The translations under genes and the position numbers were made by a program. Shown in pieces: positions 1 through 7,973 of a DNA stretch of 20,162 nt. A model generated the notes under the pieces. The model made no database searches, had not been told where the DNA came from, and worked only from the letters and a program-made list of their open reading frames with translations. Origin of the DNA: Polyangiales bacterium (GTDB taxonomy: Bacteria; Myxococcota_A; Polyangia; Polyangiales; Polyangiaceae); assembly GCA_038230375.1 (NCBI GenBank), contig JBBRNJ010000121.1:1-20162 (forward strand), in the 5' to 3' direction. Position 1 is the stretch's first letter; the number at the start of each line of letters is the position of its first letter.

Positions 1-2
1 AG

Positions 3-1121
3 GCCGCGGTCGCCGTCGTCGCCTCGCGGCCTTCGCTCCTCCTCACCTTCAACGATGGCAAGACCCACGCGTTCGGGGTGGACAGCCCACGACAGGCCGA
101 GGCGGCATTCGACGCCATGGAGGTGGCGCAGAAGACGCTCGAGAAGCTCACGTACGACAAGGATCTAGAGGCCGCCGTTCACCTCGACCCGTTCTTCGAG
201 GTCCGGATGGACGGAAGCTGGGACGCGGTCGCACCACAGAGCTCACACCACGGTCGGCTCTCTGCGGCGCTCACGCTCGGCCTCGGGGCGGTGCTGGGTC
301 TCTCACTCTATGGAGGTCGGGCGCTCGTGGGGCTGCGCACCGAGCGCAATGCGCACGAGCGACTGCTGACGCTCACGCGCGAGCTGGAGGAGAAGCGTGC
401 GCGCGAGCAAGCGCCACCGCCCGTCGATGTTTCGCATCGCGCCGACGGAGACCTCAAGGCCGACGAGCGAACTGGACGTGAAGCGCAGCGCGCCCGCGCG
501 ATGGCAGCGTACGCGGAGCGCGCGAAGAGCCCGCAGATGGTGGCGCTGATGGGCGCAGTGGTCGCCCATGCGCAGGAGACGGGGGAGGGCGTGTCGGTGT
601 TCTTCGTGCACACGTGCACCAAGAGCTCGCTGTGCGATGACGGGTCGCAAGAGCTCGCGCGCCTGGAACCGCGCGTCTTCCGCGTCTTCACCACGGTTCT
701 GTCGGAGACGATCCCGCGCGTCGTCGTCGCGTTCGATCTGGTCAAGACGCGCCCCTTGCCCGAGCAGCCGAGCCTCCTCATCTCCTACGGCATCACGGGC
801 CGCGGTGATGCATCGGGGGCGAACGACATCACGATGGTGTTCGACGTGAAGCTGCACGTGACCGGTCAGAGTGAGTCGCCCTCGTTCGTGCTCACGATGC
901 CCCCGCCCAAGGCGCCGTTGACGGCGCTGCGCGATCACTCCATTTTCTCCACACCCGGCTCGCCTACTGCCGCGACCTGGGTGTTCGCGCGCGGGCTCGA
1001 CCGGCTCTACGACGAGGTCTACGGGATGTTCTTCGCTGGCGCACCGCGGGTCCCGGTCAACGGCAGCGTGGACTCTCGCGACGCCGACGAGAAGCTCCGG
1101 GCGACGTTCGGTGTTCACTGA
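3..1121 (+). CDS. Hypothetical membrane-anchored protein, 5'-truncated by the window edge
   Basis: The frame is open from position 3 (AAVAVVASRPSLLLTFNDGK...) to TGA at 1119-1121 with GC3-rich codons. One hydrophobic segment (LSAALTLGLGAVLGLSLYGG) is followed by a helical charged region and a C-terminal alpha/beta-like domain. No family recognised. Confidence 0.75.
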   Translation, partial: AAVAVVASRPSLLLTFNDGKTHAFGVDSPRQAEAAFDAMEVAQKTLEKLTYDKDLEAAVHLDPFFEVRMDGSWDAVAPQSSHHGRLSAALTLGLGAVLGLSLYGGRALVGLRTERNAHERLLTLTRELEEKRAREQAPPPVDVSHRADGDLKADERTGREAQRARAMAAYAERAKSPQMVALMGAVVAHAQETGEGVSVFFVHTCTKSSLCDDGSQELARLEPRVFRVFTTVLSETIPRVVVAFDLVKTRPLPEQPSLLISYGITGRGDASGANDITMVFDVKLHVTGQSESPSFVLTMPPPKAPLTALRDHSIFSTPGSPTAATWVFARGLDRLYDEVYGMFFAGAPRVPVNGSVDSRDADEKLRATFGVH

Positions 1122-1148
1122 AGAACCGAAATGCTACGGTTACCGAGG

Positions 1149-2018
1149 ATGGGCATCGACGATGCGGACAACGTCCTTCGCGCTCTGACGGACGACGGCG
1201 GGTTTCGCGTCATCACGCTGGAGACCACCAGCACCGTGCGCGGAGCCATCGAGTCGCAGCAGGTCCAGGGTGGTCTCTGCCGCACCTTCGCGGATGTCCT
1301 GACGGGCACCATCCTCGTGCGCGAGAGCATGTCGCCCGACCTGCGCGTGCAGGCGTTCCTCCAGAGCGACGATGGTCGCTCGCGCCTCGTCGCCGATTCG
1401 CTCCCGGACGGGAACACACGCGGCCTAGTGCAGCTCGCGAAGGACGCGAACCCCACAGCGGAGATGCCCATCGGCAAGGGCGGCATCCTGCAGGTCGCGC
1501 GCACGCTCCACAATGGCGCGCTCCATCAAGGCGTGATCGCCGTACCGGAGAATGGAAGCATCTCGGCCGCGTTCATGACGTACATGCAGGAGTCCGAGCA
1601 GACGGTGACCATGATCTCGGTCGGCAGTCACATGGCCGGCGGCGAGATCGTCGCGGCGGGTGGGTACCTGGTGCAGCTACTGCCCGAGCTCCGGGAAGAT
1701 CTCCTGGCGATCATGACGGAGCGCCTGAAGGACTTCGAGAACATCGAGCCGCTGCTCGCGCAAGGAAAGGCGAGCGCCGCGTACCTGCTCGAAGAGACCC
1801 TCTACGGAATACCGTTCGCGCGCGTGGCCGAGCGGCAGGTCAGGTTCGGATGCATGTGCAGCCAGACGCGCCTCGCCGCAAGCCTCGCGACGCTCCCGCG
1901 CTCCGACATCGAGTCCATGCTCGCGGACGGCAAGATGCTCGACATCGAATGCGACTTCTGCCGAAAGAAATACGAGTTCAGCCCAGAACAACTCCGAGGC
2001 CTGCTCACGCCCAACTAG
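1149..2018 (+). CDS. hslO: Hsp33 redox-regulated molecular chaperone
   Basis: C-terminal Zn switch CxC-x30-CxxC (FGCMC...IECDFC), plus YMQESEQ and AAGGYLVQLLP motifs. ATG 1149 is preferred over ATG 1131 because an extended -10 (TGcTACGGT, 1132-1140) lies 8 nt upstream. Confidence 0.93.
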   Translation: MGIDDADNVLRALTDDGGFRVITLETTSTVRGAIESQQVQGGLCRTFADVLTGTILVRESMSPDLRVQAFLQSDDGRSRLVADSLPDGNTRGLVQLAKDANPTAEMPIGKGGILQVARTLHNGALHQGVIAVPENGSISAAFMTYMQESEQTVTMISVGSHMAGGEIVAAGGYLVQLLPELREDLLAIMTERLKDFENIEPLLAQGKASAAYLLEETLYGIPFARVAERQVRFGCMCSQTRLAASLATLPRSDIESMLADGKMLDIECDFCRKKYEFSPEQLRGLLTPN

Positions 2019-2026
2019 AAGGGCCC

Positions 2027-2120
2027 GCGGCCACGATGTAGGGAGAGCGGATCCATTTCCGTCCATGATTGGATCCTGCTTGATCCAGCTTCGGCGCTGG
2101 AAAGCGGATATTGTGGCCGT
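2027..2120 (+). other. Candidate structured RNA / inverted-repeat element (three-helix junction)
   Basis: 2027-2039 pairs with 2108-2120 (13 bp, 3 G-U). Inner helices are 2045-2055/2070-2081 (one bulge) and 2084-2089/2096-2101. Paired by eye only. Confidence 0.4.
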
Positions 2121-2170
2121 AACTCGCTGATGCGTAAGGGGCGCACGTTGTCGTTCGATGTAGGTGCGGG

Positions 2171-2186
2171 TGGCACCGGTTGTGCA
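2171..2186 (+). promoter_or_regulatory. Putative sigma54 (-24/-12) promoter
   Basis: TGGCAC-CGGTT-GTGCA matches TGGCAC-N5-TTGCA with exact GG-N10-GC spacing, and ends 15 nt before ATG 2202. Confidence 0.55.
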
Positions 2187-2201
2187 CCAATATAGGTCAC
2201 C

Positions 2202-3824
2202 ATGAACCGAACCATCAGCTTCCTCTCCCGCGCCTCGATGCTCGCTCTCGCCCTTGCTGTTCCCGCGTGCGCGGCGTCCAACGACGACGACGCATCGCAG
2301 ACGGACGGCGAGGACCTCACGAGCCTGACGGCTCGCGCTCGCACGCTGAAGTTCTCCGGCGTTGTGTTCGCCCGCGCAGGCGCCTCGGACTCCGAGATCG
2401 TCTACGCGATCAACAAGCAGACGCAGTCTGCGTTCGGCGCGCTCCGCACCGCCACCGTCGGCGTGAACACGCGTGAGCTCAAGGTCACCGACCCGGTCGC
2501 CATCGCCAAGACGTTCGTCAAGACCAACGTCGACGTCGTGGACACCAGCAACCCCAGCGCTGCCGCCACCAAGATGGTCCGCGTGGTCTACACGTACACC
2601 GACCAGGCCGTCGTGCCGAAGCCCATGTCCAGCCGCACCGCGCTCCAGACGGCGCTGCTCGGCGGCACCTACCAGTCCCAGGTCGAGCGCGTCACCAGCG
2701 AGTGCACCGCGAACGACAAGGAAGCGAAGGAGTTCGCCGGCTCGCTCTGGTACGTATTCGACCCGTCCGTCTCTACCTGCAAGCCCGCGATGGCGAAGGA
2801 GCAGGCCTCGATCGACTCCGACCGCAAGAAGCTCACCGACCAGGTCAAGCAGGTCACCCTCAGCGAAGTGAACCGCCTCTACATCCCGACCACTGCAGCG
2901 TTCACCCCGTCCGCCACGAACACCAAGGCGAGGTACCCCGAGTACGACAAGCTCTACTCGGGCAAGGGCGTCGAGTCGGGCAAGCTCGTCATCGGCATGG
3001 TCTCCGGCATGATGGCCGACTGGGCCGCTGGTGAGCACCACGACACGATCGACGACGAAGGCTACGACATGTGGTTCGAGGGCCTGCGCAACATCATGGC
3101 GGCGCGCCCCGGCCTGAAGCTCGTGAAGAGCGAGCCCGCCGAGGACTTCACCAAGTTCACGGTCGCCGGCAAGACGGTCACTGCCACGGACTTCAACGAG
3201 CTTGTCCAGTGGGAGCTCGACGGCACGGGCTTCCCGGCCGGTGTCGACTCTCACGCCCTCCGCGTTGCCGTCGGCAACAAGATCGCGAAGCACTGGCTCA
3301 CGTTCGAGGTCCCGACCACGGTGACCGTCAACGGCACCGACTCCCCGCTCACCATCAAGCTCCAGACGTACTTCGGCGCCGAGACGGACTCCACGCCCCA
3401 CAAGCACGCGATCAAGACCAGCGACGTCTTCATCTACAACGGTCACTCGTACATCGGCTACGGCCCGCTCGACCCGACCAACTTCCAGCCGTCGGACTTC
3501 CCGACCACGTACCAGATCCTCGTGATGAACGGCTGCGTCTCGTACAACTACTACGAGCATGACTTCTTCGGCCTCAAGGGCGGCACGCAGAACGTCGAGC
3601 TCATCACGAACGGTCTCGAGAGCTGGGTCAACGAGTCCGGCCCCGCGATGGGTCGCCTCGCCGGTTCGCTCATCGACGGCAAGTTCAACTCGTACCAGAA
3701 CGTCCTCAAGGCCGCGCAGTTCACCGGCTACGGCTACTCCTGGGGCCAGGATGCACTCCGCGTCGTCGACGGCGAGCTCGACAACAAGTTCAATCCCTCG
3801 ACGACCAAGATCAGCGTGAAGTGA
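2202..3824 (+). CDS. Lipoprotein, 540 aa, with a putative C-terminal clan CD (caspase/gingipain-like) cysteine peptidase domain
   Basis: Signal peptide with lipobox VPA-C23 and very strong codon bias. Motifs DVFIYNGHS (His415) and ILVMNGC (Cys445) each follow a hydrophobic beta-strand. The CDS is well supported; the function is inferred. Confidence 0.85.
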   Translation: MNRTISFLSRASMLALALAVPACAASNDDDASQTDGEDLTSLTARARTLKFSGVVFARAGASDSEIVYAINKQTQSAFGALRTATVGVNTRELKVTDPVAIAKTFVKTNVDVVDTSNPSAAATKMVRVVYTYTDQAVVPKPMSSRTALQTALLGGTYQSQVERVTSECTANDKEAKEFAGSLWYVFDPSVSTCKPAMAKEQASIDSDRKKLTDQVKQVTLSEVNRLYIPTTAAFTPSATNTKARYPEYDKLYSGKGVESGKLVIGMVSGMMADWAAGEHHDTIDDEGYDMWFEGLRNIMAARPGLKLVKSEPAEDFTKFTVAGKTVTATDFNELVQWELDGTGFPAGVDSHALRVAVGNKIAKHWLTFEVPTTVTVNGTDSPLTIKLQTYFGAETDSTPHKHAIKTSDVFIYNGHSYIGYGPLDPTNFQPSDFPTTYQILVMNGCVSYNYYEHDFFGLKGGTQNVELITNGLESWVNESGPAMGRLAGSLIDGKFNSYQNVLKAAQFTGYGYSWGQDALRVVDGELDNKFNPSTTKISVK

Positions 3825-3860
3825 GCTCGATAAGGCGAACAGCGGATAGCCGCTGACATG

Positions 3861-3901
3861 GACGCGTCGCTCCCGCAAGGTGAGCGGCGCGTTTCGCTTT
3901 T
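3861..3901 (+). terminator. Rho-independent terminator of the lipoprotein gene
   Basis: GACGCGTCGCTC-CC-GCAA-GG-T-GAGCGGCGCGTT hairpin with a GNRA loop, followed by TCGCTTTT. Confidence 0.75.
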
Positions 3902-3970
3902 GTCGTCCGCGCGTGCGAGCAAAGGGATGAAGCTTTGAATGGCCTGGCTGCGCGGCGCTACTGATTTGAC

Positions 3971-4477
3971 ATGCAACGCCTCCTTGCGAGCGGCCTCTTG
4001 GCCTCGCTCGTATTCACTGCTGGCGTCGGCCTGGCCGACGGACCGTCGGGAGCTCTTGCGGCCAAGACCGCGGGGCCCAGCGACGAATCACGCGCCGCCA
4101 GGGACGCACGTGCGGTGGTTGCCATGATGGAGGGCAGCGCCCGCGGCCTTCAGGACCTGCTCAGCAAGACGCGGCGCACGCAGGACGTCCGCGCCACCGC
4201 GTGTGTGAGCGACTCGCTCTCGCAGGCGAACGTTCTCACGCGTCGCGCGAAGGACCGCTACGGCCTGCTGCGGGAGGCCGCGCATCGCGGAGATCAGGCG
4301 GAGCAGGCGCACCTCCTCGCGCAGATCCAGGAGGACCGCACGCTCGAGCGCGAGGCCGGCAAGACGGCGTTCGGATGCGTGGGCGTGATGATCGTGCCGC
4401 GCGGCAAGGACCTGGTGGTCGTCAAGGTCACGGTGGACAAGGAAATCCCCCCGGAGCAACCGACCGGGCACGAGTGA
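3971..4477 (+). CDS. Hypothetical secreted alpha-helical protein, 168 aa
   Basis: Sec-type signal peptide (MQRLLASGLLASLVFTAGVGLA-DG), a helical body and two Cys (ACVSDSL, FGCVG). Confidence 0.75.
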   Translation: MQRLLASGLLASLVFTAGVGLADGPSGALAAKTAGPSDESRAARDARAVVAMMEGSARGLQDLLSKTRRTQDVRATACVSDSLSQANVLTRRAKDRYGLLREAAHRGDQAEQAHLLAQIQEDRTLEREAGKTAFGCVGVMIVPRGKDLVVVKVTVDKEIPPEQPTGHE

Positions 4478-4479
4478 GA

Positions 4480-4508
4480 TTGACCTCGTGGCGGTCCGCG
4501 CTCATGCT
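4480..4508 (+). promoter_or_regulatory. Putative sigma70 promoter (leaderless acyl-CoA dehydrogenase transcript)
   Basis: TTGACC-17 nt-CATGCT, ending 8 nt before ATG 4517; no Shine-Dalgarno present. Confidence 0.45.
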
Positions 4509-4516
4509 CCTCCGTC

Positions 4517-5659
4517 ATGCGCTACCTGTTCGAGACCGAGGAGCACGCTCTCCTCCGAAAAAGCATCCGCGGCTTCGCTGACGTGCACATCGCGCCCTTC
4601 TCCGCAGCGTGGGAGGAGGCCGAGGAATTCCCCCTCGAGCTCTACGCCAAGGCGGGCGCCGCAGGAGTCCTTGGTGTCAGCTACCCCGAGCAGTGGGGTG
4701 GCGGCGGTGGCGACCTCACGCACGCGATCGCCGCCGGCGACGAGATGATCATGCGCGGGCGCTCCGTGGGCGTCACCGTTGGCATTGGCAGTCACGGGAT
4801 CGCGTTGCCGCCGATCATCCGCCTTGGCACCGACGTGCAGCGCGACCGCTTCGTACGGCCCGTGCTCAAGGGCGAGAAGGTCGCCGCGCTCGCCATCACC
4901 GAGCCGTCGGGCGGCAGCGACGTTGCGCGCCTCAAGACGCGCGCGCGCAGGGACGGGGACCACTTCGTGGTCACGGGTACCAAGACCTTCATCACCTCCG
5001 GCGTGCGCGCGGATTTCGTCACCACGGCGGTGCGCACGGGCGGCGATGGTCATGGCGGCGTGTCCATCCTGGTCATCGAGAAGGGCACGCCGGGCTTCAC
5101 GGTCAGTCGCTCCTTGAAGAAGACGGGATGGTGGGCGTCGGACACCGCGGAGCTATCGTTCGACGAGTGCAGGGTCCCGATCGCCAATCTCATCGGCGAG
5201 GAGAACCAGGGATTTTACGCCGTCATGGTGAACTTCGTCGCGGAGCGTGTGATGCTCGCCAGCCAGTGCGTGGCCATCTCGCAGCTCGCCTACGACGAGG
5301 CCGTGGCCTACGCGAAGCAGCGCGAGGCCTTCGGCAAGCCGATCATGGGCTACCAGGTGCTGCGTCACAAGCTGGCGGACATGGCGAGCCGCATCGCCGC
5401 TGCGCGCGCGCTGGTGTCGGAGCTCTGCACGCGGCACGTCCGCGGCGACGAGGCCTCGGGCCTTGCCGCCATGACGAAGAACGTGGCCACGGATTGCTGC
5501 AGCTTCGTCTGCGACGGCGCCGTGCAGATCTTCGGAGGCTATGGCTACATGCGCGAGACGCTGGTGGAGCGGCTCTATCGCGACGCGCGCCTCTATCCGA
5601 TCGGCGGCGGCACCCGAGAGATCATGAACGAAATAATCTGCAAGACCGAGGGTTACTAG
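4517..5659 (+). CDS. Acyl-CoA dehydrogenase family protein
   Basis: Motifs ALAITEPSGGSD, GTKTFITSG, QIFGGYGYMRE, RLYRDAR and IGGGTREI; 380 aa. The C-terminal IGGGT motif lacks the MCAD-type Glu, as in LCAD/IVD-type members (candidate Glu in FVAERV). Confidence 0.95.
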   Translation: MRYLFETEEHALLRKSIRGFADVHIAPFSAAWEEAEEFPLELYAKAGAAGVLGVSYPEQWGGGGGDLTHAIAAGDEMIMRGRSVGVTVGIGSHGIALPPIIRLGTDVQRDRFVRPVLKGEKVAALAITEPSGGSDVARLKTRARRDGDHFVVTGTKTFITSGVRADFVTTAVRTGGDGHGGVSILVIEKGTPGFTVSRSLKKTGWWASDTAELSFDECRVPIANLIGEENQGFYAVMVNFVAERVMLASQCVAISQLAYDEAVAYAKQREAFGKPIMGYQVLRHKLADMASRIAAARALVSELCTRHVRGDEASGLAAMTKNVATDCCSFVCDGAVQIFGGYGYMRETLVERLYRDARLYPIGGGTREIMNEIICKTEGY

Positions 5660-5680
5660 GTCGTGGTCGCGGGGGCGGCA

Positions 5681-6508
5681 GTGCGCATAAGTGCACTATA
5701 CATCTATCCGGTGAAGTCGTGCGCGGGGGTGCGGCTGCAGGAATCCGAGCTTTCCACGCTTGGGTTGCGGCACGATCGGCGCTTCATGTTCGTGGACGAG
5801 GAGACGCGCACGATGGTGACGCAGCGTGAGGAGCCGCGGCTCGCGCTGGTCGTCGCGACGGTGAACCCCAGCGCCGAGCGCCTCGTGCTCTCCACGCCCG
5901 ATGGCACGGCGCACGCGTGGCTCGGCAGCGCAGAAGAGGACGGTCGCCGCACGGCGCCCACCACGGTGCCGGTCACCGTCTGGGAGGACCTCGTGCCTGC
6001 GGAGCTCGAGCGCGGCGAGCCGTCGGAGCTGGTGTCCGCGCTGCTAGGGCGCAAGGTGATCCTCGTGCGCATGCCGCCGACCATGAGGCGCGTCGTCGAT
6101 CAGGCCTACGCTCGTCCCGACGACCTGGTGTCGTTCGCCGACGGATTCCCGGTGCTCCTCGCGAACGAGGCATCGCTTCGCGATCTCAACGCGCGACTCA
6201 CGACGCCCATCGGCATGGAGCGCTTCCGTCCGAACGTCGTGGTGGATGGGCTACCCGCATTCGCCGAGGACCAGAACGGGTCGCTCGCGCTCGGCGCCAC
6301 GGCGCGCGTGGACCTCGTGAAGCCTTGCTCGCGCTGCTCGATCGTCACCGTGGACCCGGTCACGGCGGAGCGGGGAAAGGAGCCACTCGCCACGCTCGCG
6401 ACGTATCGAACCAGAGAGCACAAGACGTACTTCGCGACGAACGCGCTGGTGCGTGCGCCCGGCCCGCTACGCGTCGGCGACCCGGTCGCGTTCATGCCGC
6501 TCTCCTGA
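5681..6508 (+). CDS. MOSC domain protein (YcbX/mARC-like, MOSC_N + MOSC)
   Basis: Motifs ISALYIYPVKS, DRRFM, FADGFPVLL, ERFRPNVVV and KPCSRC (Moco Cys). Start is GTG 5681 or GTG 5663. Confidence 0.92.
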   Translation: MRISALYIYPVKSCAGVRLQESELSTLGLRHDRRFMFVDEETRTMVTQREEPRLALVVATVNPSAERLVLSTPDGTAHAWLGSAEEDGRRTAPTTVPVTVWEDLVPAELERGEPSELVSALLGRKVILVRMPPTMRRVVDQAYARPDDLVSFADGFPVLLANEASLRDLNARLTTPIGMERFRPNVVVDGLPAFAEDQNGSLALGATARVDLVKPCSRCSIVTVDPVTAERGKEPLATLATYRTREHKTYFATNALVRAPGPLRVGDPVAFMPLS

Positions 6509-6520
6509 TACCGTGGCGTC

Positions 6521-7900
6521 GTGGACAAGCTCGACCCCAGCGCCGTACCTCCGGACGTACGCGATCTGTGCGCACGCCTTCGCGAGAAGGGGAAGAAGGC
6601 GTACGTGGTCGGCGGATGCGTGCGTGACATGATCCGCGGTGCCACCGCCGCCGACTGGGACGTCACGACCGACGCGCAACCCGAAGAGCTGATGACGATC
6701 TTCCCGAAGGCCATCCCCACGGGGATCGCCCACGGCACCGTCACCGTGGTGAAGAACAAGCAGCACTACGAGGTGACCACCTTCCGCGGTGAGTCCGCCT
6801 ACTCCGACGGACGCCACCCGGACAGCGTCACCTTCGTGAACGACATCGAGCACGATCTTGCGCGGCGCGATTTCACCGTCAACGCGATCGCGCTCGACCC
6901 CATCGACGGTCACGTGATCGACCCGTACGGCGGACAGCGCGATCTGGCAGCGAAGGTGATCCGTGCCGTGGGCGTTGCGAAGGAGCGCTTCGACGAGGAC
7001 GGCCTTCGCGTCCTGCGCGCCGCGCGATTCGTCGCGCAGCTGGAATTCTCGCTCGATCCCGACACCGCGCGCGCGATCCCCGCCTCTATCGACACCTTCA
7101 AGAGGGTCAGCATGGAGCGCGTCCGCGACGAGTGGACCAAGACCATGAAGGCGAAGAGCCCGTCACGCGCCTTCGAGGTCATGCGCGAGGGCCGCATCCT
7201 TGAGGTGGTGTGCCCAGAGCTCCTGCTCGGCGTTGGCATGGAGCAGAACAAGTACCACTCGTTCGACGTGTGGGGTCACGCCATGGCGTGCGTGGACGCG
7301 TGCAGCGGCGATCCGATCCTGCGCATCGCCGCGCTCTTCCACGACGTGGGCAAGCCCGCCACGCGGGCGTTCTCGGACAAGACGAACGACTACACCTTCT
7401 ACGAGCACGAGCGCGTCGGCGCGGAGATCGTCTTTCCGATCTGCACGCGGCTTCGCTTCTCCAACGAAGAGCGCGCGCGCATCCAGGATCTCGTCCGCTA
7501 CCACCTGTTCCACTACTCGGACGAGTGGACCGACGCCGCCGTGCGCCGCTGGGTGAAGCGCGTCGGCAAGGATCGCATCGAGGATCTCTACCTCTTGAAC
7601 GAGGCGGACGTGCGCGCGAAGGGAAAGGACGCTTTGTCGGCCCCCGATCTGGCCGCGCTCTCCGCGCTCAAGGTGCACGTCGAGAAGGTGCTCGTGGCCG
7701 GCGCCGCTCTGTCCACGCGCGACCTGTGCATCAACGGCAGGGACCTGATCTCGGAGCTCCACATCAAGCCCGGCCCTGCGCTGGGCGAGCTCCTCGAGGC
7801 CCTGCTCGAGGTCGTCCTGTCGGATCCCACGCAGAACGAGCGCGCGAGCCTGCTGGCGCTCGCCGCCGACCTGCACGCCAGGAAGCCCGGCCCGTCCTAG
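6521..7900 (+). CDS. cca: Class II CCA tRNA nucleotidyltransferase with HD domain
   Basis: VGGCVRD, DWD catalytic carboxylates, flexible loop GESAYSDGRHPD, RRDFTVNA, EDGLRVLRAARF, ERVRDE, and HD motif LFHDVGK. Confidence 0.92.
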   Translation: MDKLDPSAVPPDVRDLCARLREKGKKAYVVGGCVRDMIRGATAADWDVTTDAQPEELMTIFPKAIPTGIAHGTVTVVKNKQHYEVTTFRGESAYSDGRHPDSVTFVNDIEHDLARRDFTVNAIALDPIDGHVIDPYGGQRDLAAKVIRAVGVAKERFDEDGLRVLRAARFVAQLEFSLDPDTARAIPASIDTFKRVSMERVRDEWTKTMKAKSPSRAFEVMREGRILEVVCPELLLGVGMEQNKYHSFDVWGHAMACVDACSGDPILRIAALFHDVGKPATRAFSDKTNDYTFYEHERVGAEIVFPICTRLRFSNEERARIQDLVRYHLFHYSDEWTDAAVRRWVKRVGKDRIEDLYLLNEADVRAKGKDALSAPDLAALSALKVHVEKVLVAGAALSTRDLCINGRDLISELHIKPGPALGELLEALLEVVLSDPTQNERASLLALAADLHARKPGPS

Positions 7901-7973
7901 GAGCGCCAGGCTGGCTGCGACATCCGGAAATGTGTTGCCCCGAACGCGGTGCCCTCGTGGTACGGTCGCGGAC

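Noticed and set aside
2027..2120. TPP riboswitch (TGATCCAG...CTGG resemblance)
   Set aside because: Lacks the conserved UGAGA motif and the downstream AGGGA arrangement, and no thiamine gene is nearby.
2103..3848. AGCGGATA direct repeats (2103-2110, 3841-3848) flanking the lipoprotein gene as an insertion scar
   Set aside because: Only 8 bp, with no mobility gene or compositional shift; compatible with chance.
1677..3878. 733-aa antisense ORF opposite the lipoprotein
   Set aside because: Shadow ORF expected from extreme GC3 bias on the sense strand; V/G/R/L-rich with no motifs.
6521..7900. Split CC-adding enzyme or poly(A) polymerase
   Set aside because: The flexible loop (GESAYSDGRHPD) that CC-adding enzymes lack is present, along with EDxxR and an HD domain; no PAP signature was seen.
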